Positions 41,824 through 53,296 of a stretch of DNA of 64,000 bases are shown one piece after another. Origin of the DNA: an uncultured delta proteobacterium (lineage in GTDB: Bacteria > Desulfobacterota > Syntrophobacteria > Syntrophobacterales > Syntrophobacteraceae). A program made the position numbers and the translations under genes. Location: positions 192,001-256,000 of the forward strand of contig CAWEHK010000008.1 in the NCBI GenBank assembly GCA_963808625.1, in the 5' to 3' direction. The notes below the pieces were generated by a model, which was given only the letters and a program-made list of their open reading frames with translations, was not told where the DNA came from and made no database searches. The first letter of the stretch is position 1. Each line of letters begins with the position of its first letter.

Positions 41824-44427
41824 ATGCTTGACAGACTCAATCCCTTTCGATGGTTCCGTTCCAGGAGCCAAAAGCCCTCAAAGGACCAGGCCTACGATGC
41901 TTTCCGCTTCAAATACGAACGCTTCAAGGAACTCCTGGACTCGAACTCGGAATTGTCGAAAATTCTCGTGGATATGGAAGAGAGACTTCAAGGCCACCGG
42001 GTGTTCGGCATGAGTTATGTCCGGTCGCAATCGGCGCGGGCCGTTTTCCATACCATGCGCATGATCCAGAGCTTGAATGCCATCTCGCGCGACCGCTATC
42101 CGACGCTCCTGAAAGTGCTCGAAGACATCAACCTCCAGATCAAACGAGAATTGGACAAACGCAAAGAGAGTCCGATCCAGGACTTGATTCTCCCCTACTC
42201 CGCAATCACCCGCGAGATGGTGGACTGGGTGGGCGGCAAAAGCGCCAACCTCGGCGAAGTGGCCAGCCGGGTCAAGTTGCCGATCCCGGAAGGGTTTGCC
42301 ATCACTACCCACGCCTTCGATGTTTTCCTCAAGCAGAACGACCTCATCGATGAGATCAACAAAGTAAAAATGGAGATCGACCCCAACATTCCGGAAACGA
42401 TCACCCTGGCAAGCGAGGAAATCCAGCGGATCATTATCGGCGCATCCCTTCCCCAGGAGCTCGAAGGGGTGATGCTCGCCGCTTATGATCAGATGATCGA
42501 GCGCATTACCGAAACCGGCGCCACCGATTTTTCACCCCAGGTATCGTTGCGAAGCAGCGCCATTGGAGAAGACAGTGAGCTCTCCTTTGCCGGCCAGTAC
42601 CTCTCCGTGCTCAACGTCCCCCGCGACCGGCTCACCAGGACTTACAAGTTTGTGGTGGCGAGCCTCTTTACGCCTCGCGCCATTTCCTATCGACTGAGCA
42701 AGGGCATCCCCCACGAAAGTGCGGCCATGAGCGTCGCCTGCCTCCAGATGATCGACTCGGTTGCCAGCGGCGTTGCCTACTCGCACCATCCTTTCAATCT
42801 CCTCGAGGAAAACATCATCATCAACGCCGTGTGGGGACTCGGACCTTATGCTGTCGACGGCGTCATCACGCCGGATACCTACACTGTCGCTAAGGATCGA
42901 GCACCTGACGATTCTCGAGACGAAGATTTCCCACAAAGCTGTCCAACTGGTGAGCCGCCCTGAGGGCGGTTTGGTGGAAATCCCGGTGCCCGAAGGTGAC
43001 CAGGAGCGGCCGTGCCTCTCTGAGGAGCAGATCAAGGGCCTCGCCGATTACTCGCTGAGACTCGAGAGGCACTACGGGCATCCCCAGGACACCGAATGGG
43101 CGCTCGACAAGCATGGCCGGATCATCATCCTCCAGACCCGGCCCCTGATTCTCCAGTCCCAGAACGAAGGCGGCGCGGGTCGAACCACGCCGGTGCTGCC
43201 CGGCTACCCTTTGCTTTTTGAAGGCGGCGCCGTCGCGTCGCCCGGAGTCGGGTTCGGACCGGCTTTTGTCGTCAATACCGACGACGATCTCATGGCATTT
43301 CCTGACGGTGCGGTGCTCGTCTCGAAGCACTCCTCCCCCAAGTTTGTGGTGGCCATGCCAAAAGCCCAGGCCATTCTTACCGATTCCGGCAGCGTCAGCG
43401 GCCACATGGCCTCACTCACCCGCGAATTTTCCGTCCCCACCATCGTCGGGACGAAAGATTTGACCTCAAACCTTGCCAATGGTCTCGGAGATCACGGTGG
43501 ATGCCTATTCCGGGAGAGTGTACGCGGGCAAGGTGCCCGAGTTGCTGAAGCTGCAGGTAGCGAGGCAAACCGGGATCAGCAGAGACACCCCGGTCTACCA
43601 GACCCTCAAGCATATCGGCGAACTCTCCATCCCCCTTCGGCTCCTTGATCCGAAGTCGCCCGATTTTACGCCGGAAAACTGCCGATCCCTTCACGACATC
43701 ATGCGGCTGGTCCACGAATTCTCCTACCGTCACATGTTTCAACTGAGCGACCAGGTTTCGGACGTGAGCGGCTGCAGTGTGAATCTGGTTGCCCCCATTC
43801 CCCTCGATCTCTGCATCATCGACCTGGGAGGAGGTCTCGCGGACACTCGAGAAGGGGTCAGAAAGGTCCCGGTGGACCAGGTCGTGTCCGTTCCTTTCAA
43901 GGCCCTCCTCAAAGGCATGCTGCATGAAGGCGTTCGTCATACGCAGCCGCGACCGGTCGAGACTCAAAGGCTTCTTTTCCGTGATGAGCGAACAGATGCT
44001 CTCACCCGGCTATGGTTCGGAACGGTTCGGGGACCGGAGCTACGCCATCGTCTCCGACAAGTACCTCAACTTCAGCTCCCGCGTCGGCTACCACTACGCC
44101 ATTCTCGACGCCTACTGCGGCCAGACTATTAACAACAATTACATCACCTTCTCGTTCAAGGGAGGAGCTGCCGACGATGTCCGCAGGAACCGGCGCGTCC
44201 GCTCCATCGGCCGCATTCTCGAGGAACTCGGCTTTGTCGTGGACGTCACCGGCGATCGGGTCAGTGCGCGCTTTCAGCGCTACGAATGCCCGGAAATTCA
44301 AGAGCGACTGGACACCATGGGCCGCCTGCTGCAATTCACCCGCCAGATGGATATGCTCATGCGCAGCGAAGCAGCTGTGGAGACGATTGCCAAGGCTTTT
44401 CTGGAGGGAAATTATAGCTTGGAGTGA
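41824..44427 (+). CDS. PEP-synthase-like dikinase 2 (frameshifts ~42895, ~43488, ~43962)
   Basis: GGKSANL, LRSSAIGED..LSFAGQY, PQDTEWA...LQTRP, GSVSGHMASLTRE, SLHDIMR..HE, GYHY...NYITF.FKGGAAD; paralog of 34261. Confidence 0.85.
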
Positions 44428-44500
44428 TGAGTGATGAGTGATGGGTGGCGAGTGAGGAGTGATGAGTGATGAGTGGAGGGGAGAGTGAGGAGAGAGGAGC
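44423..44500 (+). repeat. Heptamer tract (GTGATGA/GTGAGGA)n starting at the stop codon
   Basis: GTGATGA GTGATGA GTGATGG GTGGCGA GTGAGGA GTGATGA GTGATGA. Confidence 0.85.
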
Positions 44501-44743
44501 AAGGGGTCGGGAGGGGGAATGGATGCTGCGGGTGCTCTGATATTGCTTTCTTCCCCGAGTCAGGACTCCCCGTGACCCGAAGAATCAGAGAAAATGTTGA
44601 GAACCAACGATCGTCATTCCCGCAGGCTCCAGTCGGGAATCCAGAGAGATGGTCTGGATACACGCTTTCACCAGTTTGAAAGAGTGAGATTATATGGACC
44701 GCTAACCACCGTTTTCATAAGTGCCAAGCAAAGGAGACCCATT

Positions 44744-45370
44744 ATGAAACGACTTCTGGTTGTGCTGCTTTTGCTTTTCTGGGCAACGACGCCGGCCTGG
44801 GCAGACTATGAATCGGCAATGGCCGCCTACAAACAGGCCGACTATGCAACCGCCCTCAAGGAATTAAAGCCGCTGGCGGAGCAGGGCGACGCCAAGGCTC
44901 AAAACACCCTCGGCTGGATGTATCGGGAGGGACAGGGAGTAACCAAGGATTACAACGAAGCCATAAAGTGGTTTGAAAAAGCGGCTGCCCAAGGCTTTGC
45001 CAAGGCCTTGAACAACCTCGGCATCATGTATGAAAAAGGGATTGGCGTCAAACCTGACGGGGCAGAAGCCATGAAGTGGTATCAAAAGGCCGCCGATCAG
45101 GGGGATGCCTGGGGCCAAAACAATCTTGGCATGCTGTACCTGGGGGACAAGGGCATTCCTCAGAACCAACTCGAGGCCGTAAAATGGTTCCGCAGGGCGG
45201 CGGATCAGGGCCTCGCCAAATCACAGTTCCAGCTCGGATTGATGTACGAGCAGGGGCTTGGGGTGCAGCAGGACAAGGAAGAGGCCGCAAAATGGTATCA
45301 GAAAGCGGCAGATCAAGGCTTCGAAGAGGCAAAGGCAAAGCTCGACGCTGGAAAAACCAAGGCCCAATAA
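44744..45370 (+). CDS. Secreted Sel1-repeat protein
   Basis: Signal peptide; repeated A..QG.A.AQ..LG.MY..G.GV..D..EA.KW..KAA.QG units. Confidence 0.93.
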   Translation: MKRLLVVLLLLFWATTPAWADYESAMAAYKQADYATALKELKPLAEQGDAKAQNTLGWMYREGQGVTKDYNEAIKWFEKAAAQGFAKALNNLGIMYEKGIGVKPDGAEAMKWYQKAADQGDAWGQNNLGMLYLGDKGIPQNQLEAVKWFRRAADQGLAKSQFQLGLMYEQGLGVQQDKEEAAKWYQKAADQGFEEAKAKLDAGKTKAQ

Positions 45371-45566
45371 GCTTCAACATCGTCCCGCGGCTCTATGAGG
45401 ATCGCCTTATCGGGCTGCCGTTCACCCACTTGTGAACACGCTTTCTGGGGAAGTTCTCTTGATGAGTGCCGGGCCCAGATGACAACATAGAGGGCATGTT
45501 CATGGTGATCCACACCTTACTCGTTTACTCGTGAGAATAGTGTGGCGACGGGGCGAACATTGCCTG

Positions 45567-45596
45567 TTGACATCACCCTTTTTTAACTGCTATTTT
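45567..45596 (+). promoter_or_regulatory. Putative sigma-70 promoter
   Basis: TTGACA-18 bp-TATTTT with a TGn extension, upstream of 45714. Confidence 0.5.
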
Positions 45597-45713
45597 CAAT
45601 CGAAATAGAAATCCTCGATCAAGAAGCTAAGTCCTGATTGATAGCGCCTACCTGAAGATAATGAAAAAGAGTCTCGAATAGGGAAAAACGTTCTTTCATA
45701 GAAAGGGGTTCCC

Positions 45714-48700
45714 ATGAAGCGGTCCAAGGCCCTAAATCTCAGCGTCTCCCGTCTCGTTGTCCGTTCCGTTTTCATCATTGGCGTGCTTCTTTGCGCTTGT
45801 CTGGTGTGGTCGGCGCCGTGGGCGGCGACCGATGTGGATACGGGATCGGTCGAAGGCAGGCTCTTTGATGGGGTCGTGACGGGCGGGGGCAGCCTGACTC
45901 CCGTGTTGCAGGCCGCAGCGGCAACCGGCGAGGAGGAATCAGGCGACAGAGGATATTTAAGCGAACAGGCCGACACTTCATGGCTCATGGCTGGAGCGAC
46001 TGACCTGGAAGGCGGCGCTATTCTGATCGGCCAGCGGATCGCCGGTGCCATCGATGACAGCGGAGATGCAGACGTCTTCCATTTCCAGGGTGTGGCCGGC
46101 GAGTCGGTGAAGATTGAAGTCAATTCCTTATCCGGTGGTCTGGACCCGGCGGTGACCTTGTTCTGGGAAACAGGATCTGCTAAAGCCGCGGCCTCCCTTG
46201 GTGCGGACAAGTTGGAGGTACCGCCCGCTCAGGCCGAGGAAATCCCCGGTGTCTACAGCATTTCCTTTGCCAAACTCGCTGCGCAAGCCAAAGTTTTCGT
46301 GGAAATCACGAGTCCCAGCGATGGGGCTACGGTCCCCATCGCTGCAAACCCCGCCAATATCCAGGTGTCAGGCAAGGCCGGGGTGACGGGTTCCGGCACC
46401 CCGACCAACCTGGAGGTGGCCATTGTTCTGGATGTCTCCGGCAGCGTCGATGGCACGGAGTTCAACCTGGAATTGGCAGGGGCGCGGGCAATCCTCGATG
46501 CTCTGGATCCCGACAAGGATGGGATGCTCTCGTCACCCGTGGCCATCATCCAGTTCAGCGACGGCGCAGTGATCACCGCCGCGCTGAGCCGCAGCCGCTC
46601 CCAGGTTGAGGCCGGCTTCACCCGCCAGTACAGCGGCGGCACCAACTTCGACCCGGCGTTTACCAAAGCGCTCGAAGCACTGGCACCCTCCAGCACTACG
46701 GACGGCGTGGCAGAGGTGGTCCTTTTTTTCACTGATGGATACGGCAGTTATACCCCGCCAGGCCAAAGCGGTCCCCTGGATCAGTTCAAACCCAACGGTA
46801 TCGTTGTCAACACCTTTGGCATCGGCTCTTCCGTGGACGCGAACAGTCTTACCACGATCGCCCAGGCCACAGACGGTACGTACACCGCCATTCCGGACTT
46901 TGCCGACATCTCCAAGGTCGTATCCTCCCTTCCTGGACTGGTAGGCCTCAGTTCGGTCAAGATCGACACCAACAACGACGGCATTGGGGACATTGACGCT
47001 GCGGTTGGCATCGACGGGAGCTGGACCGCCACCGTACCCATCCATCTGGGACCCAATAAACTCACAGCCATCGCCACTGCCACTGACGCCGGACTGACGC
47101 CCGCAACAGCCTCGATTACCGTCTACGGTCAGCTGAGCCGGCAGGGAGAGATCATCCACGACGACAATTCCGGGGGTGGGGGCAATGCTCTGATCAAAGT
47201 CTTCAAACTGCCTTATACCGGGAAGTACCGGATCGTGGTTGCCGCTTCCGGCAGTGCCTCCAGCGGCGATTACGAGCTAGTCCTGAGCCCCGTGGATAAG
47301 GACAGCAATGCAGGGGTCTATAGCCATTCCACCGGCCTGGTGCTCTTCAGCACCAGCAGAGACAACCATGCGATCTTCACGACGGGCCAACCCGACACTG
47401 CGTTTCTGGGATTCAGCCCCGATGGGGAGTCAGCAGCCTATTCGCATTCGACCGGACTGGTCGTCGCCAGCACCAGGACGGACAACCATGCGATCTTCAC
47501 GACGGGCCAACCCGACGCTACGTTTCTCGGATTCAGCCCCGATGGCGCCTCAGTGGCCTATTCGCATTCGACCGGACTGGTCGTCGCCAGCACCAGGATG
47601 GACAACCATGCGATCTTCACGACGGGCCAACCCAACGCCACATTTCTCGGATTCAGCCCCGATGGCGCCTCGGCGGCCTATTCGCACTCGACCGGTCTGG
47701 TCGTCGCCAGCACCAGGACGGACAACCATGCGATCTTCACGACGGGCCAACCCAACGCCACATTTCTGGGATTCAGCCCCGATGGCGCCTCGGCGGCCTA
47801 TTCGCACTCGACCGGTCTGGTCGTCGCCAGCACCAGGACAGACAACCATGCGATTTTCACGACGGGCCAACCCAACGCTGCATTTCTCGGATTCAGCCCC
47901 GATAGCGCCTCGGCGGCCTATTCGCACTCAACCGGACTGGTAGTCGCCAGCACCAAGACGGACAACCACGCGATTTTCACGACGGGCCAACCCAACGCCA
48001 CATTTCTGGGATTCAGCCCCGATGGCGCCTCGGCGGTCTATTCGCACTCGACCGGACTGGCGGTCGCCAGCACCAGGACGGATAACCATGCGATCTTCAC
48101 GACGGGCCAACCCAACGCTGCATTTCTCGGATTCAGCCCCGATAGCGCCTCGGTGGTCTATTCGCACTCTACCGGACTGGTAGTCGCCAGCACCAGGACG
48201 GACAACCATGCGATCTTTACGACGGGCCAACCCAACGCCGCATTTATCGGATTCAGCCCTGAGGGCGCCTCGGCGGTTTATTCGCATTCGACCGGTCTGG
48301 TAGTCGCCAGCACGAAGACAGACAACCATGCCATCTTCACAACGGGCCAACCCAACGCCACGTTTCTCGGATTCAGTCCCGATGGCGCCTCGGCGGTTTA
48401 TTCGCATTCGACCGGTCTGGCAGTCGCCAGCACCAAGACGGACAACCATGCCATCTTCACAACGGGCCAACCCAATGCCACATTTTTGGGATTCAGCCCC
48501 GATGGTGCCTCGGCGGCCTATTCGCATTCTACCGGTCTGGCAGTCGCCAGCACCAGGACGGACAACCATGCCATCTTCACGACGGGCCAACCCAATGCCA
48601 TTTTTCTGGGATTCAGCCCCGAGGGTGCCTCGGCGGCCTATTCGCACTCTACCGGTCTGGCAGTCGCCAGCACCAAGACGGACAACCATGCGATCTTCAC

Positions 48701-51700
48701 TACGGGCCAACCCAACGCCGCCTTTCTGGGGTTCAGCCCCGACGGTACTGCAGCAGCATATTCGCATTCGACGGGTCTCGTGGTCCTCAGCACGCAAGTG
48801 GACAACCATGCGATCCTCACGACGGGCCAACCCAGTGCCACTTTCCTGGGGTTCAGTCTGGATGCGGATTCAGGGGTGTATTCACACGCCACCGGCCTGG
48901 TGCTCTTCAGCACGCAACTGGACGACCATGCGATCCTCACTACGGGCCAACCCAATGCCGCTTTTCTGGGGTTCAGCTTCGACCGGACTCATGGAACAAG
49001 CCCCAACGGACCGGACGACAACTGCCTCAAGGCTGCGCTTATCACCAATCTCCCGTTCACCCAGTCCTCGGATACTGCTGCTGCCACGGCTTCTCAGGAT
49101 GATCCAACCCAATCCTGCGCCTGGACGGATGATCATTTCAGCAGTGTCTGGTACAAGTACACTTCCAGCAAGAATGGCATCCTCAGGGCTGACACCGACG
49201 GCAGCGGCTACGATACCATCCTCACCGTCTACAGCGGCGCCTGCGGCGGGCTGACGGAGGTCGCCTGTGACGACGACGGCGGGATCGGGCTGCAGTCAAA
49301 GATTCAATTCCCGGTTACGGCAGGCACCACCTACTATTTCCTGACCACGGGCTTCGATGAGGGTGGTGGCACCCTGGTCTTCAACCTCAACTGGGCGCCC
49401 TCGGTAACGGTGTTGACCCCCAACGGCGGTGAAGTCTGGTCGGTAGGTTCTGTCAAGACCATCAGCTGGGATACCATCGGCAAGGTGGACAGGGTAAGCC
49501 TCGAATACTCCACCAACAGCGGCTATACTTGGAAGGTCATCGCCACGGACATCGAGAACACCGGCTCCCAGCCCTGGACCATCCCCAACAATCCCTCGAC
49601 TGCCTGTGTGGTGCGGGTCTATGAGGCCTACAGCGGGGATCCCATGGATTTCGGGGACGGCCTTTTCACCATTACTCTGGCCCCTGATTCACCCACCAAC
49701 CTGCAGTTGACAGTCATCTCACCGACCCAGATCGACTTGGCCTGGCAGGACAATTCCGCCAATGAGACCGGCTTCCGCATCGAGCGCAAGAGCGGGCCCA
49801 CCGGTACCTGGACCTATGTGAACTCTCTGGGGCCGAACAAGACCGCCTATCAGAGCAAGGGGTTGAAACCGGGGACCACCTATTATTACCGGTTGCGATC
49901 CTACAATACTGACGGGAAATCGGGTTACTCCAACGAAGCGTTTGCCACCACACTCACGGTCGGGCCTACAGCCCCGACCAACCTCACTGCCGCGGCAGCC
50001 TCATCCACTGCAGTAAATCTGGCCTGGCAGGACAACTCCAGTAACGAAACCGGCTTCAGGATCGAGCGCAAGACTGTCCCGCCCAACAAGTGGGAGGAGA
50101 TCGCTACGGTGGGAGCGGGTGTGACCGCTTATAAGAACACCGGGCTAATTACCAACACTCGTTACTACTACCGTGTCAGAGCTTACAACGCTTCCGGCAA
50201 CTCCAGCTATTCCAACTCGGCCGATGCTACCCCACCCTCCGTGCCCGTACCGCCTTCAAATCTGAAGGCAATCGCGGTGTCCAAGACCGGGATCAATTTG
50301 CATTGGGTCGACAAGTCCGGCAAAGAAGATGGGTTCAAGATCGAGCGGAAGACGGGCCAAGGTGGCGCCTATGCCCGGATAGCCACGGTACCGGCCAACA
50401 CTACTGACTACCAGGATACGGGCTTGACCCCTGGCACCACCTACTATTACCGCCTGCGGGCCTATAACGTGGGTGGCAACTCGGGTCCGTCCAACGAAGC
50501 ATCGGCTACAACCCAGGGGGCCCCTGTGGCGCCGACGAAATTGACCGCCGCGGTGGCCTCGGGCACGTCGGTAAACCTGGCCTGGCAGGACAACTCCGAT
50601 GATGAGAATGGGTTCAAAATCGAACGAAAGCCATCGGGGGGCGCCTATGCCGAGATTGCCACAGTAGGGGCCAACGTGGCTGCCTACACGGACACCGGCC
50701 TGACGAGCAATATCAAATATTTCTATCGGGTGCGGGCGTTCAATGCCTATGGGAACTCGGCATATTCCAATGCCGCCGATGCGACGCCGCCGTCCGTGCC
50801 TGTGGCGCCGGCAAACCTGACCGCGACGGTGGTATCCGACACCCAGGTCGATCTAAGCTGGACCGACAAATCGAGCAAGGAAGACGGGTTCAAGATCGAG
50901 CGGAAGACGGGCGCTGGCGGGACCTTTGTCCAGATCGCCACCGTGGCAGCCAATACCACCACGTACCAGGACACCGGGCTGGGCAAGGGCATTGCCTATT
51001 TCTACCGGGTGCGTGCCTACAACGTAGCGGGCAACTCGGGGTATTCCAATGTGGCTTCAGCGACTCCCGGCGGCGAAGCGGGGGAACTCTACGCTGTCGA
51101 CAAGATCGTGGGCAACATGCGTTTTACTCCAGCCACAGGCCCAGGCGGCTTCAAGCAGGGTTCGGAGGCAACCGAATTCTGTAAGCGATCTGACGAGAAA
51201 CCTTTCCAACATGAACTGACAGCAAACCTGGCCGTCATGGAAACCGAAGTGACCCGGCAGATGTGGGAAGACCTGCAAGCCGTCCGGTCATCGCTGCCCA
51301 ATGATCCAAGCTACCTTGCCGTCAGCACCGGCATGAGCGACCCCGTGCAGAGCAGCACCTGGAATGAAGCGTTTCTCTTCGCCAACCTGCTGTCGATCGA
51401 AAATGGCTTTACCCGGGCCTATTACGCGAATAGTGGTTTTACCGTCCCGATAACCGCTTCCAACTACACCACCACCAGCGCGATTTATTGTGATTTTTCG
51501 GCCAACGGCTATCGCCTGCCGACCGAGGGGGAGTGGGAGTATTTCACACGGGCCGGCACCAAGACTGCGTTTTCCATCGATGAGCCGAACTACGACGGCT
51601 CCACTTGCGCTTCCTGCACCGTTGATGACCTGCCCTCCCTGCAAACGGTGGCTTGGTTCTGTGGCAACAGCTTTGGCCTCGAATACACGAACCCGGTTGG

Positions 51701-51959
51701 TTGGCTCGATCCCAATCCCTGGAACTTGAAGGATGTCCACGGGAACGTATTGGAAATGTGTTGGGATTTTTACGATGCCAACTATCCCACCGGGACGGTT
51801 GCGGACTACCATGGCCCAGCCACCGGACTCGAGCGCGTCATTCGCGGCGGCAGCTGGTCCTTCGAGCCCAGGTACTGCCGGTCGGCGTTCCGCTTGCACA
51901 TCCCGATCGGGAACCGTTATTACAACGTCGGCTTCCGCCTGGTGCGCAAAGCCGACTGA
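45714..51959 (+). CDS. 2,081-aa secreted multidomain surface protein (PPC/Ig/VWA, 14 x 40-aa repeats, Ig-like, 5 x FN3, C-terminal FGE-sulfatase/CLec domain)
   Basis: Signal peptide; DVSGS MIDAS; FSPDG repeats; W.DNS.NE.GF.IERK FN3 units; GYRLPTEGEWEY..RAG, DVHGNV.E, RGGSW...GFRLVR. Confidence 0.9.
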   Translation: MKRSKALNLSVSRLVVRSVFIIGVLLCACLVWSAPWAATDVDTGSVEGRLFDGVVTGGGSLTPVLQAAAATGEEESGDRGYLSEQADTSWLMAGATDLEGGAILIGQRIAGAIDDSGDADVFHFQGVAGESVKIEVNSLSGGLDPAVTLFWETGSAKAAASLGADKLEVPPAQAEEIPGVYSISFAKLAAQAKVFVEITSPSDGATVPIAANPANIQVSGKAGVTGSGTPTNLEVAIVLDVSGSVDGTEFNLELAGARAILDALDPDKDGMLSSPVAIIQFSDGAVITAALSRSRSQVEAGFTRQYSGGTNFDPAFTKALEALAPSSTTDGVAEVVLFFTDGYGSYTPPGQSGPLDQFKPNGIVVNTFGIGSSVDANSLTTIAQATDGTYTAIPDFADISKVVSSLPGLVGLSSVKIDTNNDGIGDIDAAVGIDGSWTATVPIHLGPNKLTAIATATDAGLTPATASITVYGQLSRQGEIIHDDNSGGGGNALIKVFKLPYTGKYRIVVAASGSASSGDYELVLSPVDKDSNAGVYSHSTGLVLFSTSRDNHAIFTTGQPDTAFLGFSPDGESAAYSHSTGLVVASTRTDNHAIFTTGQPDATFLGFSPDGASVAYSHSTGLVVASTRMDNHAIFTTGQPNATFLGFSPDGASAAYSHSTGLVVASTRTDNHAIFTTGQPNATFLGFSPDGASAAYSHSTGLVVASTRTDNHAIFTTGQPNAAFLGFSPDSASAAYSHSTGLVVASTKTDNHAIFTTGQPNATFLGFSPDGASAVYSHSTGLAVASTRTDNHAIFTTGQPNAAFLGFSPDSASVVYSHSTGLVVASTRTDNHAIFTTGQPNAAFIGFSPEGASAVYSHSTGLVVASTKTDNHAIFTTGQPNATFLGFSPDGASAVYSHSTGLAVASTKTDNHAIFTTGQPNATFLGFSPDGASAAYSHSTGLAVASTRTDNHAIFTTGQPNAIFLGFSPEGASAAYSHSTGLAVASTKTDNHAIFTTGQPNAAFLGFSPDGTAAAYSHSTGLVVLSTQVDNHAILTTGQPSATFLGFSLDADSGVYSHATGLVLFSTQLDDHAILTTGQPNAAFLGFSFDRTHGTSPNGPDDNCLKAALITNLPFTQSSDTAAATASQDDPTQSCAWTDDHFSSVWYKYTSSKNGILRADTDGSGYDTILTVYSGACGGLTEVACDDDGGIGLQSKIQFPVTAGTTYYFLTTGFDEGGGTLVFNLNWAPSVTVLTPNGGEVWSVGSVKTISWDTIGKVDRVSLEYSTNSGYTWKVIATDIENTGSQPWTIPNNPSTACVVRVYEAYSGDPMDFGDGLFTITLAPDSPTNLQLTVISPTQIDLAWQDNSANETGFRIERKSGPTGTWTYVNSLGPNKTAYQSKGLKPGTTYYYRLRSYNTDGKSGYSNEAFATTLTVGPTAPTNLTAAAASSTAVNLAWQDNSSNETGFRIERKTVPPNKWEEIATVGAGVTAYKNTGLITNTRYYYRVRAYNASGNSSYSNSADATPPSVPVPPSNLKAIAVSKTGINLHWVDKSGKEDGFKIERKTGQGGAYARIATVPANTTDYQDTGLTPGTTYYYRLRAYNVGGNSGPSNEASATTQGAPVAPTKLTAAVASGTSVNLAWQDNSDDENGFKIERKPSGGAYAEIATVGANVAAYTDTGLTSNIKYFYRVRAFNAYGNSAYSNAADATPPSVPVAPANLTATVVSDTQVDLSWTDKSSKEDGFKIERKTGAGGTFVQIATVAANTTTYQDTGLGKGIAYFYRVRAYNVAGNSGYSNVASATPGGEAGELYAVDKIVGNMRFTPATGPGGFKQGSEATEFCKRSDEKPFQHELTANLAVMETEVTRQMWEDLQAVRSSLPNDPSYLAVSTGMSDPVQSSTWNEAFLFANLLSIENGFTRAYYANSGFTVPITASNYTTTSAIYCDFSANGYRLPTEGEWEYFTRAGTKTAFSIDEPNYDGSTCASCTVDDLPSLQTVAWFCGNSFGLEYTNPVGWLDPNPWNLKDVHGNVLEMCWDFYDANYPTGTVADYHGPATGLERVIRGGSWSFEPRYCRSAFRLHIPIGNRYYNVGFRLVRKAD
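47319..48998 (+). repeat. 14 tandem 120-bp coding repeats
   Basis: Unit YSHSTGLVVASTRTDNHAIFTTGQPNATFLGFSPDGASAA counted 14 times. Confidence 0.95.
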
Positions 51960-52126
51960 GGACCCAGCCCGGGGACCGGCCTTTTCGAGGTCGCTCCCCC
52001 CATCAAAGAGGATAACCGCACTGGGCACAGGATGGGCACGTCTTTTTGTGCCCACGGGGGAACTGCGCAGGAATTTACACCGATATGCACTGGTGGTTAG
52101 AGGAGTTCGGCTCGGGTAGTTGCCCA

Positions 52127-52913
52127 TCAGGACAATGCGACCAGAAAGCCCGGTTCCTGGCAGGCAGTCCGAGGTTGCGACGGCGATTGCATCCTCGTCG
52201 TAGACCTCCTTAACCACGACGCTGCCGACGGGGACCCCTGTCTTATCGAGAAGCGTCAGCACACTGCCGGTGCGCACCCCTTGCCTGGTTCCAAGGGCGA
52301 AGGATACTTCATATTCGTCGTCCTTTCTGCTGATGCGATAGATTTCTGCTTTGCCCTCCTGCCTGAGGAGTTGCTCCCTTCGCTGTGAACACAGGTAGAC
52401 TATGCCGGAGAATACTATTGCCAGGGGAAAGAAGAGGGCTGCGGACCACCAGGGCGAAATGCCCGTATAGCGCTGAATGATGGATGCAGAGCTTCTCTGC
52501 AGACTGGCTGTACTACCAAAGATCCGAACGCGGAATACCGTGAGTGGTTTCCCGGATGGTTCGCTTCTGCTGCTCACGGTAACCGTGTAGTCCCCAGCCG
52601 TGATCTCGGTGCTCGTCGTCAACTCTCCTCGCCACATGAGGCCCCCGAGCCAGAACCCGGTATGGATTTTCTCGAAGGAGAGGCGGATCTGGTCGGAGTC
52701 ACTGGCATATTTCAAATCCTGAGGGTCGCGGACGCCTTCGCTTGCCGGTCCATTTACCGGTATGGATTCTCCGGGGAGGAGCCGCAGTTCGTTGACGTCC
52801 TGCCCGAAACGAGAGCTCAGACCGTCAAGGGCGGAAACACAAAACAGCAGACAGCAAAGGGCTGCCACTCTTCCCGCTGACTGCCGCCAACGGTTGATGT
52901 GATCAAGGGTCAT
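52127..52913 (-). CDS. Hypothetical membrane protein, last gene of TSUP operon 2 (probable frameshift ~52158)
   Basis: N-terminal TM, GFWLGGLMWRG, second TM; the alternative frame ends EPGFLVALS* at 52127. Confidence 0.65.
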
Positions 52914-52943
52914 GAAGAAAACACCATAGGCTTCGCGAAGGGG

Positions 52944-53160
52944 CTAAACATTTGTCTTCGGCTCCGGTTCTTTCGAACGCAACCCCTTGATAACAAATCG
53001 TGCCAGAATCAGCGTCGGAATAAGCAAGGAAAAAAACATCAGGAAAAAGATTGAGGCAAAGTCTCCAGGATTCTGGTTGGCAAAATAGATGCTGATAGCC
53101 AAGCTCAACCAGGACCGCAACATCCAAAACCGCTACCCCAACTTTTTGCCGAAAGTTCAT
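52944..53160 (-). CDS. Small two-TM membrane protein (frameshift ~53100)
   Basis: MNFRQKVGVAVLDVAVLVEL/AISIYFANQNPGDFASIFFLMFFSLLIPTLILARFVIKGL. Confidence 0.65.
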
Positions 53161-53296
53161 GCTCCCCTGGTTGCAGTCTCTTCAAGCCGATTGTAATCGT
53201 CGAAAAATAAAAACGGAGAATCGCCCCCGGTCATTGGTTGTCAATCGCCGGGAGCGATTCTCCTCAACCAGCCGTAACTCTGTGCCTGTCTTGCCC

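Noticed and set aside
51288..52913. 541-aa minus-strand ORF overlapping the surface-protein gene
   Set aside because: The extension is antisense to the FGE domain and disappears if one base near 52158 is corrected.
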